This document shows, in pieces, positions 27,674 to 37,177 of a DNA stretch of 64,000 nt (position 1 is its first letter; every line of letters begins with the position of its first letter). The position numbers were made by a program, and so were the translations under genes. This DNA comes from a virus. The stretch lies in the IMG/VR virus record IMGVR_UViG_3300020420_001038, positions 1 to 64,000 of that record; one strand, written 5' to 3'. The notes beneath the pieces were generated by a model that was not told where the DNA came from, searched no databases, and saw only the letters and a list, made by a program, of their open reading frames with translations.

Positions 27674-28121
27674 CTTCCATTCCCGCTACTCTCAGTTTTA
27701 CAATGTTTGTAATTTGCCATTGCTTCTGATCTAGTCCTTTGGTGATGCCTAACCATTGATTTCTTAATAGAGCAAATTCATTTATTATCTTGTCCATGTC
27801 AACAACGTCCTGTTCGCCATCTACATATTTTTCAGCATCTCTGCTAGATAAGGCTCTGTTATAATTTTCCAAATATTTTTTGAATGCTTTTGATCTTGTC
27901 CTACGCAATTCTATATTTAGATATTCTAATATCGCTTCAATCTGCTGAAGTTGTGCAAATCTTTCTTCTACTATTCCTGGCAACGATGCAGATGCCTTTT
28001 CTAAATTTCCGTAAATTTTTACTTCTTGCTTGGCTTTTTGATATTCTTTTTCGAAATGTAATATGCAGTCTGGGATTTTGTCCAAACTTCTACTTACTTC
28101 ATTATACCAATTAATCTTCAT
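27657..28121 (-). CDS. uvsY: Recombination mediator UvsY-like
   Basis: Helical protein of about 150 aa downstream of uvsX, with the AEKYVDGE...KQWQITNIVKLR pattern. Confidence 0.65.
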   Translation of the reverse strand: MKINWYNEVSRSLDKIPDCILHFEKEYQKAKQEVKIYGNLEKASASLPGIVEERFAQLQQIEAILEYLNIELRRTRSKAFKKYLENYNRALSSRDAEKYVDGEQDVVDMDKIINEFALLRNQWLGITKGLDQKQWQITNIVKLRVAGMEDANIK

Positions 28122-28353
28122 AACGATCGTCGTACTGTTCTTCTTCATCCTCTTGATCTTCGTAGAAAGTGTTGATCGCTTCTTCTAATTTTAGATCAAA
28201 CTCACCACAGGCTTTAATTTCGTCTTCTTCAACACCTATATCTTCAAGTGTTTTTATAAAATCAATTGCCGCATCTGCCTTTTGCTTCTCTGGCATGTAG
28301 TTGGATAAAGAACTCCATAAACGTTCGATGTCTTCGTGTGTCATTTCTGTCAT
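28111..28353 (-). CDS. Acidic hypothetical protein
   Basis: 80-aa ORF coupled between uvsX and uvsY. Confidence 0.65.
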   Translation of the reverse strand: MTEMTHEDIERLWSSLSNYMPEKQKADAAIDFIKTLEDIGVEEDEIKACGEFDLKLEEAINTFYEDQEDEEEQYDDRYED

Positions 28354-29393
28354 TCATTTGCCTCAGATTCTTTTGATAATTTATCAAAATCATCCATAAG
28401 CATGTCTAATTTGGGTCCAACCCAGGCTTTTCTAAATTCAATATGTTCTTTTTTGTCTGGTCCTACGTATTTTAATCTATTTCCTTGCTGTACTAGTATT
28501 CCTTTTTTCTCGAACAGGTCAACTAGTCCACTATAAGGATCCATTCCAGTATCATAAGGAATTTTGACTTGTACACTTTCAAAAGGTTTAGCATATCTTG
28601 TTTTCATCACTTTACAAGCGGCTCTTATACCCCTCACGTCAGATACTTTATTACCCTTTTCATCTTCTTTTAATTTTAACTTTTTCATTGCAACAACGAT
28701 ACTTGATGCATATATAAATCCTTGACCGCCCGATATCTTGTCATCTGGGTCAAACATGTCTTGTGATGCATATGTATGGTTGGTTGCTATCATGCCAACG
28801 TTCCATGAACCAAACATGTTTACACAGTTCCTTACAAGTGCTGTCAGTGCCTTTGGTTTACGACCTAGGTCACCTTTCATCTCACCTGCCTCAAACTGAT
28901 TTACGTCCGTTGGAGTCAACATCATGCCCAACGAGTCAATGACAAAAAGCACCTTTGGTGCACCTTCTTTGTCGTCAGCATGTTGTTCCTTGTACCCTTT
29001 CATGAATTCTGATACTGTTTTTGCTACATCATCGACCATTGATAAACTTAATTTTAGCAGTTTGTCTTCTGATGTGTCCACTTTAAGTGCCTGTAGCCAA
29101 GTTTCATCCAGTGCATTCTCAGTGTCGATCAATATTACAAATATGCCTTGATCCTGTGCATTCTTAATAATGTTGCCTGATGCTATGTAAGATTTACCAG
29201 CACCAGACTCACCGGCAAGTACTGTGACTTTGCCTAAGGGAATACCTTTTTTGAAATCTCCAGTCATCAAATAGTTCAATGCGTAGTTGCCTGTCGATAT
29301 CCAATCTGTTGGATCACTAAATCCAATTCCAAGTCCTTGTATAGACTTTGTTATACTTTTTCTAAATTTTGTTGCGTCAAATACTTTTGTCAT
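28350..29393 (-). CDS. uvsX: RecA-like recombinase UvsX
   Basis: GESGAGKS, IDTENA, VIDSLG, NHTY, SGG and KTR motifs. Confidence 0.92.
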   Translation of the reverse strand: MTKVFDATKFRKSITKSIQGLGIGFSDPTDWISTGNYALNYLMTGDFKKGIPLGKVTVLAGESGAGKSYIASGNIIKNAQDQGIFVILIDTENALDETWLQALKVDTSEDKLLKLSLSMVDDVAKTVSEFMKGYKEQHADDKEGAPKVLFVIDSLGMMLTPTDVNQFEAGEMKGDLGRKPKALTALVRNCVNMFGSWNVGMIATNHTYASQDMFDPDDKISGGQGFIYASSIVVAMKKLKLKEDEKGNKVSDVRGIRAACKVMKTRYAKPFESVQVKIPYDTGMDPYSGLVDLFEKKGILVQQGNRLKYVGPDKKEHIEFRKAWVGPKLDMLMDDFDKLSKESEANE

Positions 29394-29404
29394 AATATCC
29401 TCTT

Positions 29405-29433
29405 ATTATATTACACAAGGCCTCAATAGTCAA
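29405..29433 (-). promoter_or_regulatory. Sigma70-type promoter for uvsX, overlapping an inverted repeat
   Basis: TTGACT-17 bp-TATAAT; CAAGGCCT/AGGCCTTG arms; GAGG SD downstream. Confidence 0.78.
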
Positions 29434-29460
29434 TATCAAGGCCTTGGTAAAGTGTCAATG

Positions 29461-30444
29461 TTATTTTTGTTGTCTTGATCTAATAAGTTTCAAGATATCC
29501 TCTGCCCTTTTGGCACTATCACCTGTTGGTGCCGCTGGTTGAGGTGCTGTTTCTGGTGCTGGTGCAGTTTCTTTTACTTCAGCATTTACCGGATCAGCAG
29601 TACTTTCAACTGGTGCAGGTGTGTCTGCCTTAGGTAACGATTGTTGTGTACCTTGATAGGCCATACCTGCTGGTCTAAAGTATTGTCCATACTTCTCAAG
29701 ATCATACGCCTCACCATCCACAGATTTTTCAAATAATTCTTTAATTATTTTTACTTCTGCTTCAGTTGGTTCTTTTGGTCTGAAGTCATTTAGATTATGT
29801 AATCCAAATTTATCAATTGCACTTCTTTCTGCTTCTTCTAGTGCTCTTTCTCTTCTTGACCATTTTGATGTTGAGTAGTCAGCATATCCACCTTTAGTTG
29901 TCTTATTAATTCTAAAGTCAACACCTCTCACACTGTCAGTTGGCAATTCTTCCATTTCTGGATCAAGTAATGCCGCTCTGATTATGTTAAAGATCTGAGG
30001 TCCAATTATAAATCTTCTGATTGGATTCTCTGGTGTTGTGTCTTCCGCCAACGGATTAGTTACAACAAAACCTTGGAAAATATAACTTTTCTTTTTCCAA
30101 TATTTTCTGCCCATGTCTTCCATGCTCTTGTCTTTGAACCATGGTCTAACTTCCGTTAGTACTGGGCAAGTTTTGCCGTACATCTCCATACAAGGAACTT
30201 GCACAGTAACTGGTCTTGAATCTGTCTGACCTTTGATGCCTGCGAAAGGCAGTTTGATCATGTTTCTCTCAGTCCAGAAAAATGTGTTTGCTGTGTCCTT
30301 GTCTGGTAAAAATCTAACGACTGCTTCGTCGCCTTCTTTTATATTCCAGTGTGGATAAATGGCGTTGTCTCCGCCTGTTGATGAAGTGGAGCGATTCACT
30401 TCTTGAGATTTTAACTTCGCTCTTATTTCAGCCAATGTAGCCAT
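29461..30444 (-). CDS. Single-stranded DNA-binding protein (T4 gp32-like)
   Basis: VRFLP, C...CPV, G.DF.I.K...GGYADYSTSKW; located upstream of uvsX. Confidence 0.88.
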   Translation of the reverse strand: MATLAEIRAKLKSQEVNRSTSSTGGDNAIYPHWNIKEGDEAVVRFLPDKDTANTFFWTERNMIKLPFAGIKGQTDSRPVTVQVPCMEMYGKTCPVLTEVRPWFKDKSMEDMGRKYWKKKSYIFQGFVVTNPLAEDTTPENPIRRFIIGPQIFNIIRAALLDPEMEELPTDSVRGVDFRINKTTKGGYADYSTSKWSRRERALEEAERSAIDKFGLHNLNDFRPKEPTEAEVKIIKELFEKSVDGEAYDLEKYGQYFRPAGMAYQGTQQSLPKADTPAPVESTADPVNAEVKETAPAPETAPQPAAPTGDSAKRAEDILKLIRSRQQK

Positions 30445-30539
30445 AATGTAAGCCTCCTAATTTGCCTATGTTTGTGCCTAAATGTATATTAAGCATTAGT
30501 GCATAATATACAACTATATTTATCTAATGTCTAGTATTA

Positions 30540-32468
30540 TTATTGGTAATGTGCTAGGTTTTTGATTCTGTCTAATTCTGGATTAGACTCTGCTTCTTGC
30601 TTATCGTTTGGACGTCTTAGTTTGTCAAAGTTTTTTGAAAGATAAGCCATTGCCTCTTTACCGTTATGTGTTTTGAAAACTGATTTACCGTCTTTATCTA
30701 ATACGTCATTTACAATTTTTCCATTGTCATCTTTATACATTGAAACATAAGGTTTGATGTCTTCGAAGGTTACGTTTTCACCTGAGAATGCAGGTTCTTT
30801 CCTTGCTAGTTCCATTCTTCTTTTGATAACAGCCTGTTTCATTTTTGGATCTTTCATTAGATCCGGGTCTCTTTGTATTTGATTTAATACTTTTAATTTT
30901 TCTCTTCTATCTTCTTCGTCTCTAGGATTTTTATCATATTCATTTGCAGTTTGTTCTGCCCAAGACTCAAATGTTTCTGTTTCTTTTGCCTTGCCTTTAA
31001 GATCTTTTTTAGGATTGTAATCTGCAGGATCCATTCTTACTTGGTCTGTGTATCCCGGTTCGGCCTGCATCTTCTTGTAATCATCGATATATCTCTTTGC
31101 CAACTGTATTGCAATTTTTTTATTTTTGGCATAATCCGCATCAGGTTTAAACATAGCAGATCCTTCTTGTTCTAATCCGTCTGCTACTCTAGATGCAAAA
31201 TTTGCCACTCTATCTTCTTCACCTGTTTTTGTTAACATTCTTGAAGCGATGTCTGACAGGATTGAACCTAGCATAGTATTTTTGTCTTTAAATTTTGTTA
31301 CCTTAAGCATTTTATCTGCACTGTCATCTTTCCTTAGCACTAATTTACTTTTTGGATCACTTAAAAATGACGTTACAACACCCCCGTGGTCCATTGGTGG
31401 TTCGATTGGTGCATCGATTGGCTCTGCATCCGGCTCAAGTTCATTTACCTGTCCTTGTTCAGTAGCATTTTCTAATTCTGCCATTACTTTATTGATAAGT
31501 GGGAAAGCGTCTTCTACTCTTTTATCTAAATTTGTCATAGTGAATTTTTCTCTTAACTTGGAAACTGTTTCGTCGTCTAAAATCTGGTCTTCTGCTTTTC
31601 TATAACTCTTACAACTAGCCTCGTAATGTTTTTGCTTCGAAAGATTTTTCATATACTCTCTCAAATTTTCAAGTTGTAATTTTGTCTTTTCAATGATGTC
31701 ACCTGCATTATCATTTAATTGGTCTTTGTTAGAAACATATCTTGAAAAAGATTGTAATTTTGCAATATCCTCAGAAGTTTGTATGATGTGTTCACCAAAC
31801 TCGTCATGCGGTCTGCCACCGTTTGCAACGTGTCTAACCATTGCTCTAGCACCAGACAAATGTGTAAGTGGGTATTTGAATCTTTCACCATCTTCGTTTT
31901 CTATGTATAATGATTGTATTTGTCTTGATCTAGCGCCAGGAACAGTTTCATCAACTTTGCCTGTATGTCTAATAATAAGTCTTGTCTTGTCCAGGTTCTC
32001 ATATGAACGTTTTGCGGTACCTGTTAGTCCCTCGGTCACACCTGCTAGTTTTGTGATTCTTTGTAATTCTTCTGACATGTCATCAGTATTTACCGTTTTG
32101 TTCGTATCTGCAAGATTTTGATAATCCTGCTTCGTTAGGTTCGATTTAGTAATATCTCTCACGTCAAATGTGAGACTATGCTCTATTGCAAAATCTTTTA
32201 ATTCCTTAAGGAAAGCATACCATTCGTCTTTGCTATCCTCGTCTATTTTATCAACAAGATCTCTATTGTAGAAAACTTTCATGTTTTCGCCATCTGCTAA
32301 ACTAACACTTACTGAACCATACGTATCTGAATCTTCTTGGAATTCAAATTCGAAAAATACAGCAGTGCTTGGATCAGCAGTTGCGGCACCGTTTTCGTCG
32401 CCGATTCTAATATTAGAAAATTGTGATCTTATTTTGTTAAACAAGTCTTGTGACGTTTTTGGATTCAT
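30540..32468 (-). CDS. Large acidic hypothetical protein, probably head-associated
   Basis: 642-aa ORF downstream of terminase with a TAAATA promoter. Confidence 0.65.
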   Translation of the reverse strand: MNPKTSQDLFNKIRSQFSNIRIGDENGAATADPSTAVFFEFEFQEDSDTYGSVSVSLADGENMKVFYNRDLVDKIDEDSKDEWYAFLKELKDFAIEHSLTFDVRDITKSNLTKQDYQNLADTNKTVNTDDMSEELQRITKLAGVTEGLTGTAKRSYENLDKTRLIIRHTGKVDETVPGARSRQIQSLYIENEDGERFKYPLTHLSGARAMVRHVANGGRPHDEFGEHIIQTSEDIAKLQSFSRYVSNKDQLNDNAGDIIEKTKLQLENLREYMKNLSKQKHYEASCKSYRKAEDQILDDETVSKLREKFTMTNLDKRVEDAFPLINKVMAELENATEQGQVNELEPDAEPIDAPIEPPMDHGGVVTSFLSDPKSKLVLRKDDSADKMLKVTKFKDKNTMLGSILSDIASRMLTKTGEEDRVANFASRVADGLEQEGSAMFKPDADYAKNKKIAIQLAKRYIDDYKKMQAEPGYTDQVRMDPADYNPKKDLKGKAKETETFESWAEQTANEYDKNPRDEEDRREKLKVLNQIQRDPDLMKDPKMKQAVIKRRMELARKEPAFSGENVTFEDIKPYVSMYKDDNGKIVNDVLDKDGKSVFKTHNGKEAMAYLSKNFDKLRRPNDKQEAESNPELDRIKNLAHYQ

Positions 32469-32480
32469 ATAGTGTATTTA

Positions 32481-34076
32481 TTATCCGTAGAAGTTTCCAA
32501 ATATGGGCATTGGTGTGGTTAGTTCTGATGTTCGATCAGTCCATTTTTCAAATATTTTGGGGTCAAAATCTGCTAATACTTTCATCATTCTTGTCATTAG
32601 TAAACAACTCATTACTAAATCATCGTGTTGCCCGGGTTTTGCTTTATAACTAAGGCCGGTTGCAACAAAGTCCTTTAGTTCAGATATAAGAAGTTGGGAA
32701 TTAATCTTCATTTTTCCTCCCTCCACAAGTTCCTTAAATTTTGTACATGCATCAATTTTGTGTTTTGCAGTGGTGTTGAATCCTCTTCTAAATTTACGTC
32801 TATGACCTTTTCTGATTGGTTCAGATAAAAACATACCCATAATATTTTCTTCACCAATATCCATTACCCTCATCAGTGCCGCTTCACCTATTGTGTTGTT
32901 TTCCATTGAATAAAATATTTGCGGTGTTGCTGTGCTATCTTTTTCCATTATTGTATCATGAATATGTTTGTTGATTCCTTGTAGGATCCTTACTTGTTGA
33001 TTCATTGGAGTCATGTTGTGATGCCATTCAGCAACTTGTTCAAATGTAGGTAATTCAAAAACTTGAATTCCTGCATAGTCACCTCCAGTACCCATGCTAG
33101 GATCTAAACTTACTAGATAAGTCATACCGGGTGTTGGACGTTTAAACCAACGAACTTGGCCTGTGGTCTCAACAGGTGGCACTCCTTCCATATCCGCCAA
33201 ATGTATACTGCTTATTAAAGTTTCGTCAAAGATTAAGAATTCACATTCATGCTCCCTTCTGAATCTTTCTTCACCTATTCTGGATCTTTCCGTTTCTGCC
33301 CATGCTTCGTCTCGGTCGGGGTGTTCACTCCAGTGCGCCTTCATTGCATAGAAGCCGTTAGTACCTACTGTTTGGTCATTTCCGTATTCATCAAATCTTT
33401 TGTTTGCTTCCTTCCATATCATCGCAAATTGGTCTTCGTCACTATTTGGTGTTGAAGTAATCAAACATTTACCTCCAGTTGATAGTGTTGGAGACAGTGA
33501 TGTCCAAAACTCTTTGGCTTTTTCAGGTGGTTGAACGAACGCAAACTCATCACAATAAATCATTGTTAAGGACATACCCCTACCTGTATTTTCTGTTGTG
33601 GTGGTTGCCATAATTTTTGAACCATTATCAAATTCAATACTGTTTCTGTTATACTGATTTACACCTGCTTTGATCCAACTAGGTAACATCTCATAGGCAT
33701 AACGTACCCTTGACATGATATCTGATGCTCCTGCGTATTTGTGTGCGGCAATTAGAATCTGTGAATCCGGTCTGAACATAGCATACCATATCAAGTATCC
33801 AGAGGCACAGGTTGTTTTTCCTGTCTGTCTTGGTAACATTGATATACTAAATCTATGATCGTTATATGCTTCAATCAATCTTTCTTGGTATGGATAAGGT
33901 TCGAAAGGCAGTTCACCCTTGGTTGGGTGTTGAATCTTCATGAAAGTTTTCATAAAAAACAACGGACCTGTTTTAGGATCCATACATTTTTCAAGTTGTT
34001 CAACTTGTTCTTTTGTGTATTTGTGCTTTTTGTTTGCACGTTTAATTTGGTCAGAATCTAAACTTACATAGGCCAT
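32481..34076 (-). CDS. terL: Terminase large subunit (T4 gp17-like)
   Basis: PRQTGKTT, YCDEFAFV, ITSTPN, FRREHECEF, LDPSMG and HDDLVMS motifs. Confidence 0.95.
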   Translation of the reverse strand: MAYVSLDSDQIKRANKKHKYTKEQVEQLEKCMDPKTGPLFFMKTFMKIQHPTKGELPFEPYPYQERLIEAYNDHRFSISMLPRQTGKTTCASGYLIWYAMFRPDSQILIAAHKYAGASDIMSRVRYAYEMLPSWIKAGVNQYNRNSIEFDNGSKIMATTTTENTGRGMSLTMIYCDEFAFVQPPEKAKEFWTSLSPTLSTGGKCLITSTPNSDEDQFAMIWKEANKRFDEYGNDQTVGTNGFYAMKAHWSEHPDRDEAWAETERSRIGEERFRREHECEFLIFDETLISSIHLADMEGVPPVETTGQVRWFKRPTPGMTYLVSLDPSMGTGGDYAGIQVFELPTFEQVAEWHHNMTPMNQQVRILQGINKHIHDTIMEKDSTATPQIFYSMENNTIGEAALMRVMDIGEENIMGMFLSEPIRKGHRRKFRRGFNTTAKHKIDACTKFKELVEGGKMKINSQLLISELKDFVATGLSYKAKPGQHDDLVMSCLLMTRMMKVLADFDPKIFEKWTDRTSELTTPMPIFGNFYG

Positions 34077-34117
34077 AATGTATTATTTAAGGTTAAAAAT
34101 TACTTAGGAAAAGTAAC

Positions 34118-35221
34118 TTATTTTTTTTCTTTGTCTTCTTTATCTTTAGCGGCTTTTTTCATAGGTTCTGTTTTATTACCATCTTTATCTATATCGATAT
34201 AGTCTGGTTTTGCCGCTTCTTGATATGCTTGTTTGAAACTTTCGTACTGCGTTCTCAAACTGTTTGCTAATTCTTCTTCTGTGATTTTATCTTCAACTGC
34301 AAGTGGATTATCTCCAGGATATTCTTTTTTCACTTGTTGTTTTTGTTTGTTTAAACCACCTGAGTGTACATTTACTAATGTATCTATATCTGAAACTTTT
34401 TCTTCTGGCTCATTTGCAAATGTTTCTTCTTGTTTTTCTTCATCCGGTTTAGTCATCATGTCTCTCATTTTAGCCATTTGCATACTGCCTACAGCGTCGT
34501 CACCTGGGACATCCATTTGCTTATTCATTTCGCCTGGGTCCATGTCTGAACCATGTTCTGGTTCCATGTCTGGCATTGATCCATCAACAGGTTTTACACC
34601 TGCTAATTTTAAAATCTGCATCATAATTCCTGCTTCTTCAGGAGAATCAGTTGTAATTTGAATTGCTTCTTTTACCTCTTTTTTGTCTTTATTTTCCATA
34701 GTGTTTGTATTTACCTGTTCAAAATCGCTATCTCTTAATGTATGCTCTTCGTCTCCAACTTTAAACTTGTCGCCTTTTTTCATTCCTGCCGCTTTTGCTT
34801 GTTGCACTGCTTGAGCAAAGGCATTGCCTTCGTCTGTAGGTTGTTCTGAATCCATTGCAGGCTCCATATCCGGTTTAGGTTCGCCGTCATTGTCGTAATC
34901 ATTTTTAACCATGTTCATAGCAGTTTCTATTTCATACGATTTAGGAAAAGGTGCCTTTTTTGCTTCCATATCCATTGCTCTCAAAACTTGATCTTTTGGC
35001 ATTTTTAAATTGCCGTCTTCATCCTGATAATCACCTAAAACTTCTTGAGCACCAATGTGTATGTCACTCATGCCACCTTCTTTCATTTTTTCTTTTTTAG
35101 AAATTGCTATTGCGGCTTGTTGTTTAGGGTTCATGGCTTCTGTTGAGGTGATTGCTTTTTCAACTTCTGGACTTTTGTTCTCAATCTCTTGTAGTTTGTT
35201 TAGTACGTCAATCATTTCCAT
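34118..35221 (-). CDS. Acidic low-complexity protein, probably prohead core or internal head protein
   Basis: Glu/Asp/Met-rich; C-terminal DIDKDG EF-hand-like motif. Confidence 0.55.
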   Translation of the reverse strand: MEMIDVLNKLQEIENKSPEVEKAITSTEAMNPKQQAAIAISKKEKMKEGGMSDIHIGAQEVLGDYQDEDGNLKMPKDQVLRAMDMEAKKAPFPKSYEIETAMNMVKNDYDNDGEPKPDMEPAMDSEQPTDEGNAFAQAVQQAKAAGMKKGDKFKVGDEEHTLRDSDFEQVNTNTMENKDKKEVKEAIQITTDSPEEAGIMMQILKLAGVKPVDGSMPDMEPEHGSDMDPGEMNKQMDVPGDDAVGSMQMAKMRDMMTKPDEEKQEETFANEPEEKVSDIDTLVNVHSGGLNKQKQQVKKEYPGDNPLAVEDKITEEELANSLRTQYESFKQAYQEAAKPDYIDIDKDGNKTEPMKKAAKDKEDKEKK

Positions 35222-35223
35222 AA

Positions 35224-35826
35224 TTATTTCCTCTTTGGGTCAGGGTGTGGGTTAGTGCTTTTTGTAAGTGGCGATGGTGCCGCTTCGTCTTCTTTAGTTG
35301 AAATATTTTCTTTTTCTTTTGGTTGATCTTTTTTATCTTCTCTGTCTTTAAGCAATTCTTTTAATAAACTCATGTTTGCTTTTGATGAGTGGAAATCTTC
35401 TGCGTTTACTTTTGGCGCATCTTTGTATTCGATGTCTTGTAATTTATTTTTATACTCTGAAGTTTTTGCAACTTCCATTTGTTCTTGATACTCTTCTGAC
35501 GGTTCGTTTGGTTTTCTTACAACAACACATGCAGGAGAAATATTCATGTAGTCCGCTATGTACTCTTTCATTTCTCTTACAGATGCTGGATAGTTAGTTG
35601 TAACATCAAAAATAGTAACAGATTCATTGCTCAACTGTGGAAAATCCAAAGGAAGTTTTTGTATAGGTGTTGTTTTTCCTGCAGACATTTTAGAAAGTTC
35701 AAATTTTTGTAGTGCTGTTTCAAGTCTAGTTTTGTCTATGTCTTTAGGTGCACCCGCAACCTTTATTTTGTAGTCATATGACTTTGTTGATTCTGTAAGA
35801 TAATGTTTAAACGTGCTCATATGCAA
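35224..35826 (-). CDS. Hypothetical head-module protein
   Basis: N-terminal FKHYLTES, typical of T4-like processed head proteins; TAAATA upstream. Confidence 0.6.
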   Translation of the reverse strand: MHMSTFKHYLTESTKSYDYKIKVAGAPKDIDKTRLETALQKFELSKMSAGKTTPIQKLPLDFPQLSNESVTIFDVTTNYPASVREMKEYIADYMNISPACVVVRKPNEPSEEYQEQMEVAKTSEYKNKLQDIEYKDAPKVNAEDFHSSKANMSLLKELLKDREDKKDQPKEKENISTKEDEAAPSPLTKSTNPHPDPKRK

Positions 35827-35829
35827 TAT

Positions 35830-36354
35830 TTAGTCTTTTTTCATCAGTTTTTTCATTAATTCGTTACGGTCTGATATTACAAAACCCTCTTGCTCTTGCA
35901 CACCGCTTGGCTCGTCCTTGTTACCCTGGTCTATTTTCTGCTTTTTAAGTTGTAATTCAACCATTTTCAACTTCTTATCTATTTTGCTTGATTTGGCATC
36001 AATGGCATTACGTAACATAGTACTTGCAACCTCAAAAATACGTCCCGAGTAACGAGAATCTACGTTCATTCCGAGGTCCATAAGGTTTTTGTAACTTTCT
36101 TCTGCTTCCACAGATAATTTGTCTAATTCGAGATCCGACAATTCACCCAATCCTTTTACTTGCGGTAATGCGGCCGCTATTTTGTCAAATTCAGCATAAG
36201 TTTTTTCCAATGCTTTTGCAGTCTGTGGATCGACATTTTTCATAACACTTGCAGTTTGTTCTTTATTGGCTTTGGCTTGTTCTTTTTTATCTACATCTTT
36301 GAATGCTTCTTTGACGTTTGGTAAATTAAGAATATCTTCTAACTTTTTTGTCAT
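35830..36354 (-). CDS. Terminase small subunit-like (gp16-like)
   Basis: SGRIFEVASTML resembles gp16 PRxxEV; helical; C-terminal VISDRNELMKKL. Confidence 0.55.
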   Translation of the reverse strand: MTKKLEDILNLPNVKEAFKDVDKKEQAKANKEQTASVMKNVDPQTAKALEKTYAEFDKIAAALPQVKGLGELSDLELDKLSVEAEESYKNLMDLGMNVDSRYSGRIFEVASTMLRNAIDAKSSKIDKKLKMVELQLKKQKIDQGNKDEPSGVQEQEGFVISDRNELMKKLMKKD

Positions 36355-36362
36355 GTTTTTAT

Positions 36363-36803
36363 TTACTTACGTTTACCGTTATGGAAAAGTTGTTCTTCTG
36401 AAATTACTCTAAAACGTATTTTGTTTTGTTTTGCATAGGCATTGGCGGCTTCCCATTTGGCCATGTTTATTACTGCTTGTTTCTTTTTTCCCATGCTTTT
36501 ACCAGCCGCTTCTAAAGATGTCTGTGCTTTAGGTTTTATCTCAATTAATTCTGCGTGTTTGCCGCCATTTTTATCCACGTACACAACAAAAAAATCCGGT
36601 ACGTACACTGTGTACTTTCCAGTAAACGGATGTCTATAAGGAATTTTTATAGATTCACTTGCCCATTTTGCCACGTTAGGATGTTCGTCACACAATCTCA
36701 TGAAAGTTTGTTCCCAACTGGATCTGTATGACGGAGTCTTTAATCCTATATACTTTTCAGTATTTTTTGGATAGAATTTTCCCTTTGCGAATCTTGGTAG
36801 CAT
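36363..36803 (-). CDS. Head completion nuclease (T4 gp4-like, TnsA-type fold)
   Basis: YRSSWE, WASE, YVPDF, EIKP and KWEAA motifs. Confidence 0.88.
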   Translation of the reverse strand: MLPRFAKGKFYPKNTEKYIGLKTPSYRSSWEQTFMRLCDEHPNVAKWASESIKIPYRHPFTGKYTVYVPDFFVVYVDKNGGKHAELIEIKPKAQTSLEAAGKSMGKKKQAVINMAKWEAANAYAKQNKIRFRVISEEQLFHNGKRK

Positions 36804-37177
36804 TAGTCTAGTATATTTCTAGACACAGTTTCGTTAGTTTTGAGAGATTGCCTTACTCCCAACCTACTTGATCTGTATCTGTTTGAGTTGAGTACAACTG
36901 TAATAAGTTCAGATAGTTGAGCCGGGTCGGCATAAGTTAGTTTGTCTAATATTTCTTGTGGTGACACACTATCAACTTTTGCCTGTTGTAAAATTACATA
37001 TGCGGTTGCTTCAGCGGCGTTTCTTCCAAATCCTCTTTTAACAAAAAAGGCAATTGCCGCATCATATTCGCCTGCATTAAATTGAAATTCTTCTACGTAT
37101 TGATCTTCAGATAATTTTTTTTTAGTTTCTTCTAAATTATCTTTTTCTTTTATGGGTAAATTTGTATAAAATGTCAT
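36803..37177 (-). CDS. Hypothetical protein (tail/baseplate module)
   Basis: 124-aa ORF coupled on both sides. Confidence 0.65.
   Translation of the reverse strand: MTFYTNLPIKEKDNLEETKKKLSEDQYVEEFQFNAGEYDAAIAFFVKRGFGRNAAEATAYVILQQAKVDSVSPQEILDKLTYADPAQLSELITVVLNSNRYRSSRLGVRQSLKTNETVSRNILD

Noticed and set aside
32481-34076. Intron or intein in terminase (also checked helicase, UvsX, UvsW)
   Set aside because: The ORFs are continuous, of normal length and lack splice motifs.
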